The position numbers and the translations under genes were made by a program. Shown here in pieces: positions 48,158-58,030 of a DNA stretch of 64,000 bases (within the stretch, counting starts at the first letter, position 1; each line of letters starts with the position of its first letter). The stretch is from positions 42,048 to 106,047 of the forward strand of contig QZKH01000003.1 of assembly GCA_003598025.1 (NCBI GenBank), read 5' to 3'. The notes under the pieces were generated by a model that saw only the letters and a list, made by a program, of their open reading frames with translations, was not told where the DNA came from and made no database searches. The stretch comes from Candidatus Omnitrophota bacterium. GTDB taxonomy: Bacteria > Omnitrophota > Gorgyraeia > Gygaellales > Profunditerraquicolaceae.

Positions 48158-48974
48158 GATCATAGATAAAGAAAACTTAAATAAAGAAATTGTGCGAATC
48201 GAAATCGAGGCGCCTCAAATTGCGGCTAAAGCCAACGCCGGGCAATTTGTAGCTGTTGTCATTGACGAAAAAGGAGAGCGCGTGCCTTTAACAATCGCTG
48301 ACTGGGATGCAGAAAAAGGCACAATAACTTTGATTTTTCAAAAAGTCGGCTTCACAACAAGAAAATTTGGAGAAATGGGTGTAGGCCAGATCCTGTTTAA
48401 TGTCTTAGGCCCTTTAGGCCATGCTACCAGGCCAATTCAGTCAAAAACAATCATTTGTGTAGCCGGAGGGGTAGGAATAGCCGAGATTTATCCGGTTATC
48501 AGGCTTTTTAAATCTGAAGGGAATAATGTAACAACTGTAATCGGCGCCAGGAATAAAGGCCTGTTAATCTTAGAGGAGAGAATAAGTAAAATTTCAGATA
48601 AGCTTTTTATAACCACAGACGACGGTTCATATGGCGATAAAGGCTTCGTCACAGACGTCTTAGAAAAGATTATCAACGGCCAAGAAAATGCTGGACGTAA
48701 TATTAAACCTGATTTAGTATATTGTGTCGGTCCTGTCATGATGATGAAGGCAGTGTCAGAATTGACCAGAAAATCCGGCATAAAGACAATTGTAAGCCTC
48801 AATCCGATCATGGTCGATGCTACAGGTATGTGCGGCTCCTGCCGTTGTAAAGTAGAAGGCAGGACGGTATTCGGATGTGTTGACGGCCCTGATTTTGACG
48901 GCCATCAGGTTGATTTTGATGATTTAAGTAACAGGTTGGGGCAATTTAAAGAAGAAGAAAAAAATGCAGACTAA
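48150..48974 (+). CDS. nfnA: PyrK-like FAD/[2Fe-2S] oxidoreductase subunit (NfnA / sulfide dehydrogenase beta type)
   Basis: FAD-binding beta-barrel plus a C-terminal CGSCRC cluster motif. 274 aa. Confidence 0.7.
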   Translation: MFKIIDKENLNKEIVRIEIEAPQIAAKANAGQFVAVVIDEKGERVPLTIADWDAEKGTITLIFQKVGFTTRKFGEMGVGQILFNVLGPLGHATRPIQSKTIICVAGGVGIAEIYPVIRLFKSEGNNVTTVIGARNKGLLILEERISKISDKLFITTDDGSYGDKGFVTDVLEKIINGQENAGRNIKPDLVYCVGPVMMMKAVSELTRKSGIKTIVSLNPIMVDATGMCGSCRCKVEGRTVFGCVDGPDFDGHQVDFDDLSNRLGQFKEEEKNAD

Positions 48975-50370
48975 AGTTACCCAAAACAGAAATATCAAGG
49001 TTTATGCGTTATTCCTGCCTGAAATAAAAGAATTACTTCAGGCCAAGGATTTTAACAGCCTGAAAGAGTTTTTAAAGACAGTACATTCATTGGACCTGCC
49101 CGAGATTTTAAAGTCTCTTGAGCCCGCGGAAAAAATACTGGTTTTCAGGCTGTTGGGAACAAAAAAAGCCGTTGAGGTTTTTGAGAACCTAAGGTTTGAC
49201 GACCAGAATTATATATTAAATAATCTGGAGAGCCAGGAAGTTTCCCAGATCATAAATGAAATGGCCCCAGATGAACGGGCTGACCTTTTTAAAGAATTGC
49301 CAAGCAAGGTATTCAGAAAGTTTTTTGCATTGATAAATAAGGAAGAGGCCCAGGATTTGAAGAACCTTATGGTTTATGAAGAGGGCACAGCAGGCAGCCT
49401 TATGACTACAGATTTTGTTTCTTTAAAAAAGGATATGACTGCAAAGAATGCAATAATCTCAATACAGCAGAACCTGCGTGCTGATTACCGGGAGAATATT
49501 TATTCTGTTTTTGTTACTGATGATAACCGCAAGCTTCTTGGCCATATTTCTCTCCAGGATCTTTTGAAGGCGCCTCCGGATATACTTGTTAAAGATATAA
49601 TGGGCACAAACGGTTTTATTAAGATCTATCCAAATACCACCAAAGAAGATGTAGCAGCATGGTTTAAGCAGTATGATTTATTGGATGCGGCAGTGATTGA
49701 TGATAACGGAATACTGGTAGGGATAATAACTGTTGATGATATTGTCGCAGAAATGGAGAAACAGACCACTAAAGATATATATGAAATAGGTAAGATGGAT
49801 GCCAGGGGCGGTGAAATAATCAGCTATGCTTCTGCAACTACCTTTGAATTAGTCAGAAGAAGGGCAGGCTGGCTGGTCCTTCTGTTGATTTTTGATTTTT
49901 TGACAGGCACAGTATTGAAGAATTTTGAGCATACTTTAAGCGCGGTTGTAGCGCTGACATTCTTCATACCAATGCTGCTTGATACAGGAGGAAATGCCGG
50001 AGCGCAGACATCCATTACCATTATAAGAGGCTTGGCAACAGGGGATGTAAATTTTAAGAATGTTTTTAAAGTAATAAGGCTGGAATTCTCTTCTGCTTTC
50101 CTTATGGGTATTATTATAGGCTCGGTTGCTTTTGCAAGAGCCCTGCTTCTACAGAAAGATTTTCATATAGCCCTTGTAGTAGGCTTAAGCATGGTGGCAA
50201 TAGCGATACTTGCTATCTGCACAGGGGTATTTCTGCCGCTTTTCTCCAAGAAGATCGGCCTTGATCCTGCATCTTTGGCAGGCCCGATAACTACCAGCGT
50301 TGTTGATGTTGTTGGATTGATTATTTATTTTAAAATTGCTCAAGCGTTTATTCCGGCGCTGAATTTCTAA
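48964..50370 (+). CDS. mgtE: Magnesium transporter MgtE
   Basis: N-terminal domain, tandem CBS, 5-TM C-terminal domain with PMLLDTGGNAG. 468 aa. Confidence 0.85.
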   Translation: MQTKVTQNRNIKVYALFLPEIKELLQAKDFNSLKEFLKTVHSLDLPEILKSLEPAEKILVFRLLGTKKAVEVFENLRFDDQNYILNNLESQEVSQIINEMAPDERADLFKELPSKVFRKFFALINKEEAQDLKNLMVYEEGTAGSLMTTDFVSLKKDMTAKNAIISIQQNLRADYRENIYSVFVTDDNRKLLGHISLQDLLKAPPDILVKDIMGTNGFIKIYPNTTKEDVAAWFKQYDLLDAAVIDDNGILVGIITVDDIVAEMEKQTTKDIYEIGKMDARGGEIISYASATTFELVRRRAGWLVLLLIFDFLTGTVLKNFEHTLSAVVALTFFIPMLLDTGGNAGAQTSITIIRGLATGDVNFKNVFKVIRLEFSSAFLMGIIIGSVAFARALLLQKDFHIALVVGLSMVAIAILAICTGVFLPLFSKKIGLDPASLAGPITTSVVDVVGLIIYFKIAQAFIPALNF

Positions 50371-51738
50371 ATGCGTAATAAAGTCCCACAGCAGCCACCA
50401 AAAAAGCGTATCAGTAACTTTTTTGAAGTGGCCTTAGGTTATTCTAAAGAGCAGGCTGAAGCTGAAGCTAAGCGATGCCTTCAGTGTAAACAGCCCGCAT
50501 GTGTAAAAGGCTGTCCCGTCCAGATTAATATCCCTGCTTTTATTAAGTTGATTAAAGAAGGAAAACGTAAGGAGGCGCTTAGTAAGATTAAGGAGAGAAA
50601 TAATCTTCCTGCTGTCTGCGGCCGGGTTTGTCCGCAGGAGGACCAATGTGAAGCCGCCTGTATATTGAACAAAAAGAAAATCCCGATTAATATCGGTGCG
50701 CTTGAAAGATATGCTTCGGATTACGAGTTAGAAAATAAGCAACATCTTGAAGGCTCGGCAACCGGCGCAGGCACAAAGGTTGCTGTTGTCGGAAGCGGGC
50801 CCGCAGGATTGACTTGCGCTGCGGATTTGGCAAAACTTGGATTCAAGGTAACAGTCTTTGAGTCACTGCATTTTGCCGGCGGGGTTTTGACTTACGGGAT
50901 ACCTGAATTCAGGCTGCCAAAACAAATAGTTGCCAATGAACTTGATTATATCCGTAGTTTGGGTGTGGAAATAAAGCCCGGTATTTTAATAGGCAACACT
51001 TTCAGTATTAAAGACCTTTTTCAAGAGGGTTACAAAGCTGTATTTATAGCCACTGGAGCAGGCCTGCCACAGTTCCTTGATATTCCCGGAGAAAGCGCAA
51101 AGAGAGTTTACTCTGCGAATGAATTTCTTACCAGGGTAAATTTAATGAAGGCTTATAAATTTCCGGAATACGCAACACCGATAGCTATCGGAAAGAAGGT
51201 AGCGGTAATCGGCGCAGGCAATGTTGCAATGGATTCAGCCAGGGTTGCACTTCGCTTAGGGGCAAGTGTTTCTCTGGTTTACCGCAGGACCGAAGTTGAG
51301 ATGCCGGCCAGGGTCGAAGAGGTCCAGAATGCAAAAGAAGAGGGCGTCAAATTTTTCTTGCTATCGCAGCCTAAGGAAATCCTGATGGACAAAAACGGTT
51401 TCGCAATCGGATTAAAATGCATAAAGATGAAACTAGGTGAGCCCGATGCTTCGGGAAGGAAGCGGCCTTTACCTGTAGAAGATTCGGATTTTATTATTGA
51501 GGCAGATACTGTAATAGTCGCCATAGGCCAGAGCCCAAATCCTCTGTTGCCTAAAACGGTTCCCGGGATTAAAATGAATGCTGACGGCACCATACAGGTT
51601 AATGATAATATGATGACTTCTATCCCAGGTGTTTTTGCCGGAGGTGATATTGTTACCGGCGCCGATACTGTAATTTCAGCGATGGGGGCAGGTAAGAAAG
51701 CGGCTGTAGAGATAGAGAAGTATATTAATAAAATATAA
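50371..51738 (+). CDS. nfnB: Glutamate synthase small-subunit-like NADPH oxidoreductase (NfnB / SudA type)
   Basis: Two Cys clusters C..C..C...CP. Two Rossmann motifs GSGPAG and GAGNVAMD. 455 aa. Confidence 0.75.
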   Translation: MRNKVPQQPPKKRISNFFEVALGYSKEQAEAEAKRCLQCKQPACVKGCPVQINIPAFIKLIKEGKRKEALSKIKERNNLPAVCGRVCPQEDQCEAACILNKKKIPINIGALERYASDYELENKQHLEGSATGAGTKVAVVGSGPAGLTCAADLAKLGFKVTVFESLHFAGGVLTYGIPEFRLPKQIVANELDYIRSLGVEIKPGILIGNTFSIKDLFQEGYKAVFIATGAGLPQFLDIPGESAKRVYSANEFLTRVNLMKAYKFPEYATPIAIGKKVAVIGAGNVAMDSARVALRLGASVSLVYRRTEVEMPARVEEVQNAKEEGVKFFLLSQPKEILMDKNGFAIGLKCIKMKLGEPDASGRKRPLPVEDSDFIIEADTVIVAIGQSPNPLLPKTVPGIKMNADGTIQVNDNMMTSIPGVFAGGDIVTGADTVISAMGAGKKAAVEIEKYINKI

Positions 51739-51848
51739 GTTCACTGTATTGGTTCATAGTTCATTGTTCATAGTTCATAGAGCTGTCCTTACGTCCATGA
51801 ACTCTGAACTAATCTATGAACTTTGAACCATCAACCATGAACTAATAA
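51739..51848. repeat. Family-A palindromic element filling the whole nfnB-panB spacer
   Basis: GTTCATAGTTCATTGTTCATAGTTCATAGAGCTGTCCTTACGTCCATGAAC. This ~50-nt core is identical to 59374-59423. Confidence 0.8.
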
Positions 51849-51861
51849 TGAGGCAATAGTT

Positions 51862-52689
51862 ATGGAAAAAATAACAGTAAAGAATATCTTGGCGCTTAAA
51901 AGTCAGCGCAAAATCACTATGCTTACCGCGTATGATTATCCTTTCGGCCAATTTGTAGATAAAGCAGGCATAGATATGATTTTAGTCGGGGATTCTTTGG
52001 CCAATGTTGTCTTAGGGCTGGATTCTACTACCAAAGTCGGTATGCCTGAAATGCTTCATCATGCTAAAGCAGTTGCCAGGGCAGTAAAGCGGGCGTTAAT
52101 AATCGGTGATATGCCTTTCGAATCATATCAGATTAATACAGAAGAGTCGGTTGTAAATGCGCGAAGATTTATAGAAGAAGCAAACTGCGATGCCGTTAAG
52201 CTTGAATGGTTTGACAAGTGTCTTGAAGTCACCGAGAGCATAGTTAAATCAGGTATAGACGTAATGGGCCATATCGGGCTCACTCCTCAGACAGCCGAAA
52301 AGCAGGGCGGATTCAAAGTCCAGGGTAAGGATGCCGAGGCGGCTCAGAAGATAATCCAGCAGGCGCTTGCTTTAGAAAAATGCGGGTGTTTTGCTTTAGT
52401 GCTTGAATGTGTACCTGACAGAATAGCGGAGATGATAACCCAAAAATTAAAGATACCGACTATCGGTATCGGCGCAGGCCCTTATTGTGACGGGCAGGTA
52501 TTGGTTATTCATGACATGCTTGGTTTGTTTGAAAGATACACGCCAAAGTTCGTAAAGAAATATGTTGATCTCTCCGGATTAATAACCGAGGCGATCACAA
52601 ATTATAAAAATGACGTACTTGAAGGTAAGTTTCCTTCCAAGGAGCACACTTTTACTATAAAAGAAGATGAAGTCAAGAAAATCCGGTAA
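51862..52689 (+). CDS. panB: 3-methyl-2-oxobutanoate hydroxymethyltransferase
   Basis: MLTAYDYPFGQFVDKAGIDMILVGDSLANVVLG. 275 aa. Confidence 0.9.
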   Translation: MEKITVKNILALKSQRKITMLTAYDYPFGQFVDKAGIDMILVGDSLANVVLGLDSTTKVGMPEMLHHAKAVARAVKRALIIGDMPFESYQINTEESVVNARRFIEEANCDAVKLEWFDKCLEVTESIVKSGIDVMGHIGLTPQTAEKQGGFKVQGKDAEAAQKIIQQALALEKCGCFALVLECVPDRIAEMITQKLKIPTIGIGAGPYCDGQVLVIHDMLGLFERYTPKFVKKYVDLSGLITEAITNYKNDVLEGKFPSKEHTFTIKEDEVKKIR

Positions 52690-53419
52690 TTTCGTTAATT
52701 TTCTTAAATTAGTATGGATAATTATTGCTTGGCTCTTGATAATAGCTTCGCTGGGAGTCTTTATAGTAAAATACGCAGGGCCGCCGATATTAAAGTCATA
52801 TGTGAGAATGGGTGTAGGGGATTGCCGAAGGCTGCCTGTACTATGCGTAAGTTTTGATAAAGGCGTATATCACTCAAATATTGATGAAGAATTTATCTCT
52901 TTGCTTGCAGTCTATAGTTTCCCGGGCATGGAGATCAGACTGCCTAAGAATTTCCTCGCCGTGAAAGAGAAGATAAATAAAGTCTATTATAAACGCAGGA
53001 AAGTAGAATTAAATTCCAAGCCGACTGCTTACCTGCTTAGCCAGCCGCCGGGTTTCTTCGTCAATCTCTTCCCTGAGGTCAAGCGTTTTGGTGTTGAGAG
53101 TGATTATCAGTTTTATGAGAACCTCCTTGCTTCAAGATACGATAATTTAACGAGTATCAAAGATGCTTTTTTTATAATCATGAAATCAATATTTACTCCT
53201 GACCTTGGGCCCCAGGAAGATGTTAAGATGATAAAAGCAGAATGGCAGGCAATGACCGGTTTTATATCTTATAATCTGTCTGGAGAGACAAATTACTTTG
53301 ATTGTAATTTATTTGACAAGGCAGGAAATTATTCCAAAGTGTATATAAAGGATAAAAATAAAGAACTGACCCTGCAAAAGGTATATAGCATAATAAGTAC
53401 GCTGAAAACAGGGAATTAG
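52667..53419 (+). CDS. Hypothetical membrane-anchored protein
   Basis: Single N-terminal transmembrane segment. No recognisable motifs. 250 aa. Confidence 0.4.
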   Translation: MKSRKSGNFVNFLKLVWIIIAWLLIIASLGVFIVKYAGPPILKSYVRMGVGDCRRLPVLCVSFDKGVYHSNIDEEFISLLAVYSFPGMEIRLPKNFLAVKEKINKVYYKRRKVELNSKPTAYLLSQPPGFFVNLFPEVKRFGVESDYQFYENLLASRYDNLTSIKDAFFIIMKSIFTPDLGPQEDVKMIKAEWQAMTGFISYNLSGETNYFDCNLFDKAGNYSKVYIKDKNKELTLQKVYSIISTLKTGN

Positions 53420-53546
53420 TTCATACATTAGTTCATTGTTCATAGTTAATAGTTTATAGAAATATGCCATCTATCCATGAACTTTGAACTATGATCTATG
53501 AACCAATAAATCCATGAACTTTGAACCTTCAACCGTGAACTAATAT
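53418..53546. repeat. Family-A palindromic element, divergent copy
   Basis: gttcatacattagttcattgttcatagttaatag ... ccatgaactttgaactatgatctatgaacc ... catgaactttgaaccttcaaccgtgaactaat. Confidence 0.75.
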
Positions 53547-53588
53547 CTCCTTGACTTTTAACTTAAATTGAGATAAAAATAAAAAGCT

Positions 53589-54896
53589 ATGGCCGATAAT
53601 TTAATGGAAAATATAGTATCTTTATGCAAACGGCGCGGCTTTATCTTCCAATCCTCAGATATCTACGGCGGTTTGGCTAATACCTGGGATTACGGCCCTT
53701 ATGGGGTAGAGTTGAAGAATAACCTTAAACGTGCCTGGTGGAAGTCGGTAGTCTATGATAGGGATGATATCCTTGGGCTGGATGCCTCGATTTTAATGCA
53801 CCCAAGGGTCTGGGAGGCTTCTGGCCATGTGCAGAACTTTTTTGATTTAAAAAGTGATTGCAAGAAGTGCAAAAAGCGCTTTAAATCCGAAGACCTGAAA
53901 GGAAATAAAACTTGCCCGGAATGCGGCGGAGAATTGACAGAAGGCAGGCCGTTTAACCTGATGTTTAAGACTTACCAGGGCCCGGTTGAAGATGCGACTA
54001 ATCTTATTTATCTCAGGCCTGAGACCGCGCAAGGCATGTTCGTAAATTTCTCAAATATAATTGATTCAAAGCACCCTAAGCTTCCTTTTGGTTTGGCTCA
54101 AGTAGGCAAGTCATTCCGTAACGAGATAACCCCCGGTAATTTTACTTTCAGGACAAGAGAATTCGAGCAGATGGAGATCGAGTATTTTGTGAACCCTAAA
54201 GATGCGGATAAGAAATTGGAAGAGTGGATTGAGTACCGCTTTGAATGGTATTTGAACCTGGGTTTAAAAAAAGACAGTTTAAGGAAACGCAAACATGCCG
54301 AAAACGAATTGGCGCATTATGCTAAGGCATGTACCGATATCGAATATAATTTCCCATTTGGCTGGTCAGAACTCGAAGGCGTTGCAAACCGGACGGATTT
54401 TGATCTCAGGCAGCACTCAGAGGCAAGCGGCAAGGATTTAAGGTTCTTTGACGATTCAAGCAAGGAAAGGTTTTTCCCGTATATAATTGAGCCTTCCGGC
54501 GGAGTTGACAGGAGCGTATTGGCATTCTTGGTAGATGCATTTGCGCAGGAAAAGGTCAAGGATGATACAAGGGTTGTCTTAAAGCTGCATAAGGATCTGG
54601 CGCCGGTAAAGGTAGCTGTGCTGCCTTTGCTTAGGAATAAACCGGAGATTGTGGAGTTAGCAAAGAGAATCTCCCGGGAACTTAAGAAAGCATTTGTTAC
54701 TGTTTATGACGACACAGGCGCAATCGGCAAGCTCTACAGAAGGCAGGATGAAGTCGGCACGCTCTATTGTGTCACAATAGACGTCCAGTCCCTTGATGAT
54801 AAACAAGCTACAGTCAGGGACAGAGATACCATGAAGCAGGATAGGGTAGAAATTAATAATTTAAAAAAATATATTTTAGACAAAATATGTTCATGA
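53589..54896 (+). CDS. glyQS: Glycine--tRNA ligase, alpha2 dimeric (class II, eukaryote/archaeal-like) type
   Basis: RRGFIFQSSDIYGGLANTWDYGPYG. Anticodon-binding C-terminus. 435 aa. Confidence 0.85.
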   Translation: MADNLMENIVSLCKRRGFIFQSSDIYGGLANTWDYGPYGVELKNNLKRAWWKSVVYDRDDILGLDASILMHPRVWEASGHVQNFFDLKSDCKKCKKRFKSEDLKGNKTCPECGGELTEGRPFNLMFKTYQGPVEDATNLIYLRPETAQGMFVNFSNIIDSKHPKLPFGLAQVGKSFRNEITPGNFTFRTREFEQMEIEYFVNPKDADKKLEEWIEYRFEWYLNLGLKKDSLRKRKHAENELAHYAKACTDIEYNFPFGWSELEGVANRTDFDLRQHSEASGKDLRFFDDSSKERFFPYIIEPSGGVDRSVLAFLVDAFAQEKVKDDTRVVLKLHKDLAPVKVAVLPLLRNKPEIVELAKRISRELKKAFVTVYDDTGAIGKLYRRQDEVGTLYCVTIDVQSLDDKQATVRDRDTMKQDRVEINNLKKYILDKICS

Positions 54897-54906
54897 TTAT
54901 TAGATG

Positions 54907-54972
54907 GGTCACAAGGACACAAGACACAAGGACACAAAAAACTGTGACTTTGTGACGTGTGACTTTGTGACT
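54907..54972. repeat. Family-B palindromic element
   Basis: gtcacaaggacacaagacacaaggacacaa aaaac tgtgactttgtgacgtgtgactttgtgac. Confidence 0.8.
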
Positions 54973-55016
54973 GCTGATGATTTTGAGCTAAACAAAAAGG
55001 GAGGGTTTTAAAAGCA

Positions 55017-57773
55017 ATGGCAAAGTATGTTTACTTCTTTGGAGGGGGTAAGGCTGACGGCAATGAATCTATGAAGAATCTTTTGGGCGGCAAGGGCGCT
55101 AACCTTGCTGAAATGGCTGGAAGCAAAGATTTGAAGCTCCCTGTTCCCCCGGGATTTACTATTACTACAGATGTTTGCACATATTACTACGAACATAAAA
55201 GGGCTTATCCAAAAGGCTTAAACGAACAGGTAAAAGAAGCCCTTAAGAAAGTGGAGAAATTGATGGGCAGGGAATTCGGCGACTCCGAAAACCCGCTTTT
55301 GGTTTCCGTGCGTTCAGGCGCAAGGAGATCTATGCCAGGGATGATGGAAACAGTCCTTAATGTCGGCTTAACTGAAAAAACAATACCCGGACTCATAAAG
55401 CAGAGCGGCGGTAACAGCCGGTTTGTATATGATGCATACCGTCGTTTGATAATGATGTATTCTGATGTTGTCATGGAGAAGGCAGGCGGCATTGAGCCGA
55501 AAGATTCAGAATCCGGAATACGCAAACAGCTGGAAAAGATAATGTCGGAGTTAAAGAATGTCTTGGGGTATAAAACCGATACAGAGCTTACTTGTGATGA
55601 CTTAAAGAAGCTTTGCAGGTTATTTAAGGAGAAGGTCAAAGAAGTGCTCAAAAAAGAGTTTCCTGATGATCCATATGATCAGTTATGGGGAGGCATAGGA
55701 GCTGTGTTTGCATCGTGGAACGGTAAAAGAGCTATCAGCTATAGAAGGATAGAAAATATTCCTGATGAATGGGGTACAGCAGTAAATGTCCAGACAATGG
55801 TTTTTGGAAATATGGGCAATGATTCAGCAACAGGCGTAGCTTTTACAAGAAATCCCGGTAATGGAGAGGGGCAATTTTACGGTGAGTACCTTATTAATGC
55901 GCAGGGTGAAGATGTCGTCGCCGGTATAAGGACACCAGCGCCGATTAATAGCTATTCTACTTCAGAGCATAATAAAGAGATGCTTACTTTGGAAAAAGCC
56001 ATGCCAAAAATATACAGGCAGCTATTTGATATCCAGCTAAAGCTTGAGAAACATTACCATGATATGCAGGATATTGAGTTTACGATTGAAAAAGGCAGGC
56101 TATTTATGTTGCAGTGCAGGGTCGGCAAACGCAACGGCCCGGCAGCTGTGCGTATGGCTGTTGATATGGTCAAAGAAAAACTTATCAATAAAGAAACAGC
56201 CGCTTTAAGAGTGACTCCTGCCCAACTTGATGAGCTCTTGCATCCTGTAATAGACCCGAAGGCCGAAATAAAAAGCAAGCCGATAGCCAAGGGGTTGCCT
56301 GCAGGTCCGGGCGGTGCTACAGGGCAGATAGTTTTCTCTGCAAATGATGCGGTTGAATGGGCAAAAAAAGGCAAAAAAGTAATATTGGTAAGAGAAGAGA
56401 CTAATCCTGAGGATGTTGAAGGTATGCGTGCTGCTCAGGCTATACTTACTGCAAGAGGCGGCATGACATCGCATGCTGCGTTGGTTGCGCGCGGCTGGGG
56501 CAAATGCTGCATTGTAGGCTGCGGAGGTATCCATATTGAATATAACGAGAAGGAATTACATGCCGATGGCAAAGTATTAAAGGAAGGCGATTGGATTACT
56601 CTTAACGGCACAAAAGGCAATGTTTATGAAGGCCAGCTTCCTATGATGGATGCCGGGGAAGAGAACAAACTGTTAAGCAGTTTCTTGAGACTGTGCAGTT
56701 CTATCAAGAAATTAGGAGTGCGCACTAACGCAGATACCCCTGAAGATGCAAAGAGGGCAAGGCAATTCGGGGCAGAGGGTATTGGATTGTTCAGGACAGA
56801 GCATATGTTTTACGGAAAAGGCTCTGACCAACCGCTATTTCTTTTGCGTAAAATGATTGTTTCTAAGACTGAGGCTGAGAGGAAGAAGGCGCTTGGCGAA
56901 TTGTTCCCTTATGTAAAAAAAGATATTAAAGGGACCCTTGAAGCTATGGACGGTTTTCCTGTGGTCTTCAGGCTGCTTGATCCTCCGTTGCATGAATTTG
57001 TCCCGCGCGAAGAGTCAAAGTTGAATGAGTTAGCAAAAGAATTGAATATCAGCCTTGATGAACTGCGTTCCCGCGCCGAGGCTTTACATGAGTCTAATCC
57101 GATGATGGGGCACCGCGGAGTCCGTTTAGGCGTTACTTATCCTGAAATAAGCTCTATGCAGATAGAAGCTATATTTGAAGCTGCAGCTGAACTTATCCAG
57201 GAAGGCAAAAAACCCTATCCGGAGATAATGATACCGGTTGTCTGCGATGTAAAAGAATTGCAGGACCAGCTTGTAATTGCAAAGACAGTTTACCAGAGTG
57301 TGCTTAAGAAATATAATTTAAAAAATATAAAACATATGTTTGGGACAATGATAGAAGTCCCCCGCGCAACATTGGTTGCTGATAAGCTTGCAAGCGTTGC
57401 CCAATTCTTCTCTTTCGGGACCAACGACCTTACACAGATGGGTTTTGGTTTCTCAAGAGACGATATCGGCGGATTCTTGCCGCATTACCTTAATAAGGGC
57501 ATACTCCCTGAAGACCCGTTTCAGAGTATTGACCAGGAAGGTATTGGCGAGTTGATTAAGATAGGAATTAATAAAGGCCGCTCTGCCTCACCGAAGCTTG
57601 AAGTCGGTATCTGCGGAGAGCATGGAGGAGAGCCTAAATCAGTTGAGTTCTGCCATAAAGTAGGCATGGATTATGTAAGCTGTTCTCCTTTTAGGGTGCC
57701 TATCGCCATACTTGCCGCATCCCAGGCAGAGTTGAAGGATAAGGCTAAGGAGAAGGGGAAGAAGAAAAAGTAA
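55017..57773 (+). CDS. ppdK: Pyruvate, phosphate dikinase
   Basis: PEP-utilising-enzyme phosphohistidine region GGMTSHAALVARGWG and C-terminal TIM barrel. 918 aa. Confidence 0.9.
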   Translation: MAKYVYFFGGGKADGNESMKNLLGGKGANLAEMAGSKDLKLPVPPGFTITTDVCTYYYEHKRAYPKGLNEQVKEALKKVEKLMGREFGDSENPLLVSVRSGARRSMPGMMETVLNVGLTEKTIPGLIKQSGGNSRFVYDAYRRLIMMYSDVVMEKAGGIEPKDSESGIRKQLEKIMSELKNVLGYKTDTELTCDDLKKLCRLFKEKVKEVLKKEFPDDPYDQLWGGIGAVFASWNGKRAISYRRIENIPDEWGTAVNVQTMVFGNMGNDSATGVAFTRNPGNGEGQFYGEYLINAQGEDVVAGIRTPAPINSYSTSEHNKEMLTLEKAMPKIYRQLFDIQLKLEKHYHDMQDIEFTIEKGRLFMLQCRVGKRNGPAAVRMAVDMVKEKLINKETAALRVTPAQLDELLHPVIDPKAEIKSKPIAKGLPAGPGGATGQIVFSANDAVEWAKKGKKVILVREETNPEDVEGMRAAQAILTARGGMTSHAALVARGWGKCCIVGCGGIHIEYNEKELHADGKVLKEGDWITLNGTKGNVYEGQLPMMDAGEENKLLSSFLRLCSSIKKLGVRTNADTPEDAKRARQFGAEGIGLFRTEHMFYGKGSDQPLFLLRKMIVSKTEAERKKALGELFPYVKKDIKGTLEAMDGFPVVFRLLDPPLHEFVPREESKLNELAKELNISLDELRSRAEALHESNPMMGHRGVRLGVTYPEISSMQIEAIFEAAAELIQEGKKPYPEIMIPVVCDVKELQDQLVIAKTVYQSVLKKYNLKNIKHMFGTMIEVPRATLVADKLASVAQFFSFGTNDLTQMGFGFSRDDIGGFLPHYLNKGILPEDPFQSIDQEGIGELIKIGINKGRSASPKLEVGICGEHGGEPKSVEFCHKVGMDYVSCSPFRVPIAILAASQAELKDKAKEKGKKKK

Positions 57774-57775
57774 CC

Positions 57776-57850
57776 TAGTTCATTGTTCGTAGTTCATAGG
57801 GTCGTCCTTAGTCCATGAACCATGAACTAATCTATGGATTATGAACCGAT
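57776..57850. repeat. Family-A palindromic element, upstream flank of tRNA-Arg
   Basis: tagttcattgttcgtagttcatag ggtcgtccttagtc catgaaccatgaactaatctatggattatgaac. Confidence 0.75.
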
Positions 57851-57857
57851 TGATTGC

Positions 57858-57931
57858 GCCCCTGTAGCTCATAAGGATAGAGCAACGGTTTCCTAAACCG
57901 TGTGCGGCAGGTTCGATTCCTGCCAGGGGCA
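57858..57931 (+). tRNA. tRNA-Arg (anticodon CCU)
   Basis: Acceptor GCCCCTG/CAGGGGC, anticodon stem ACGGT/ACCGT with loop TTCCTAA, T-arm GCAGGTTCGATTCCTGC. 74 nt. Confidence 0.8.
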
Positions 57932-57937
57932 GTTTAC

Positions 57938-58030
57938 TTAGTTCATAGAGCTGTCCATACGTCCATGAACTATCAACCATGAACCTTGAACTAATCTATA
58001 AACCTTGAACCATCAACCATGAACTAATCT
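57938..58030. repeat. Family-A palindromic element, downstream flank of tRNA-Arg. Ends at the sigma-factor ATG.
   Basis: ttagttcatagagctgtccatacgtccatgaactatcaaccatgaaccttgaactaatctataaaccttgaaccatcaaccatgaactaatct then ATG. Confidence 0.75.
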
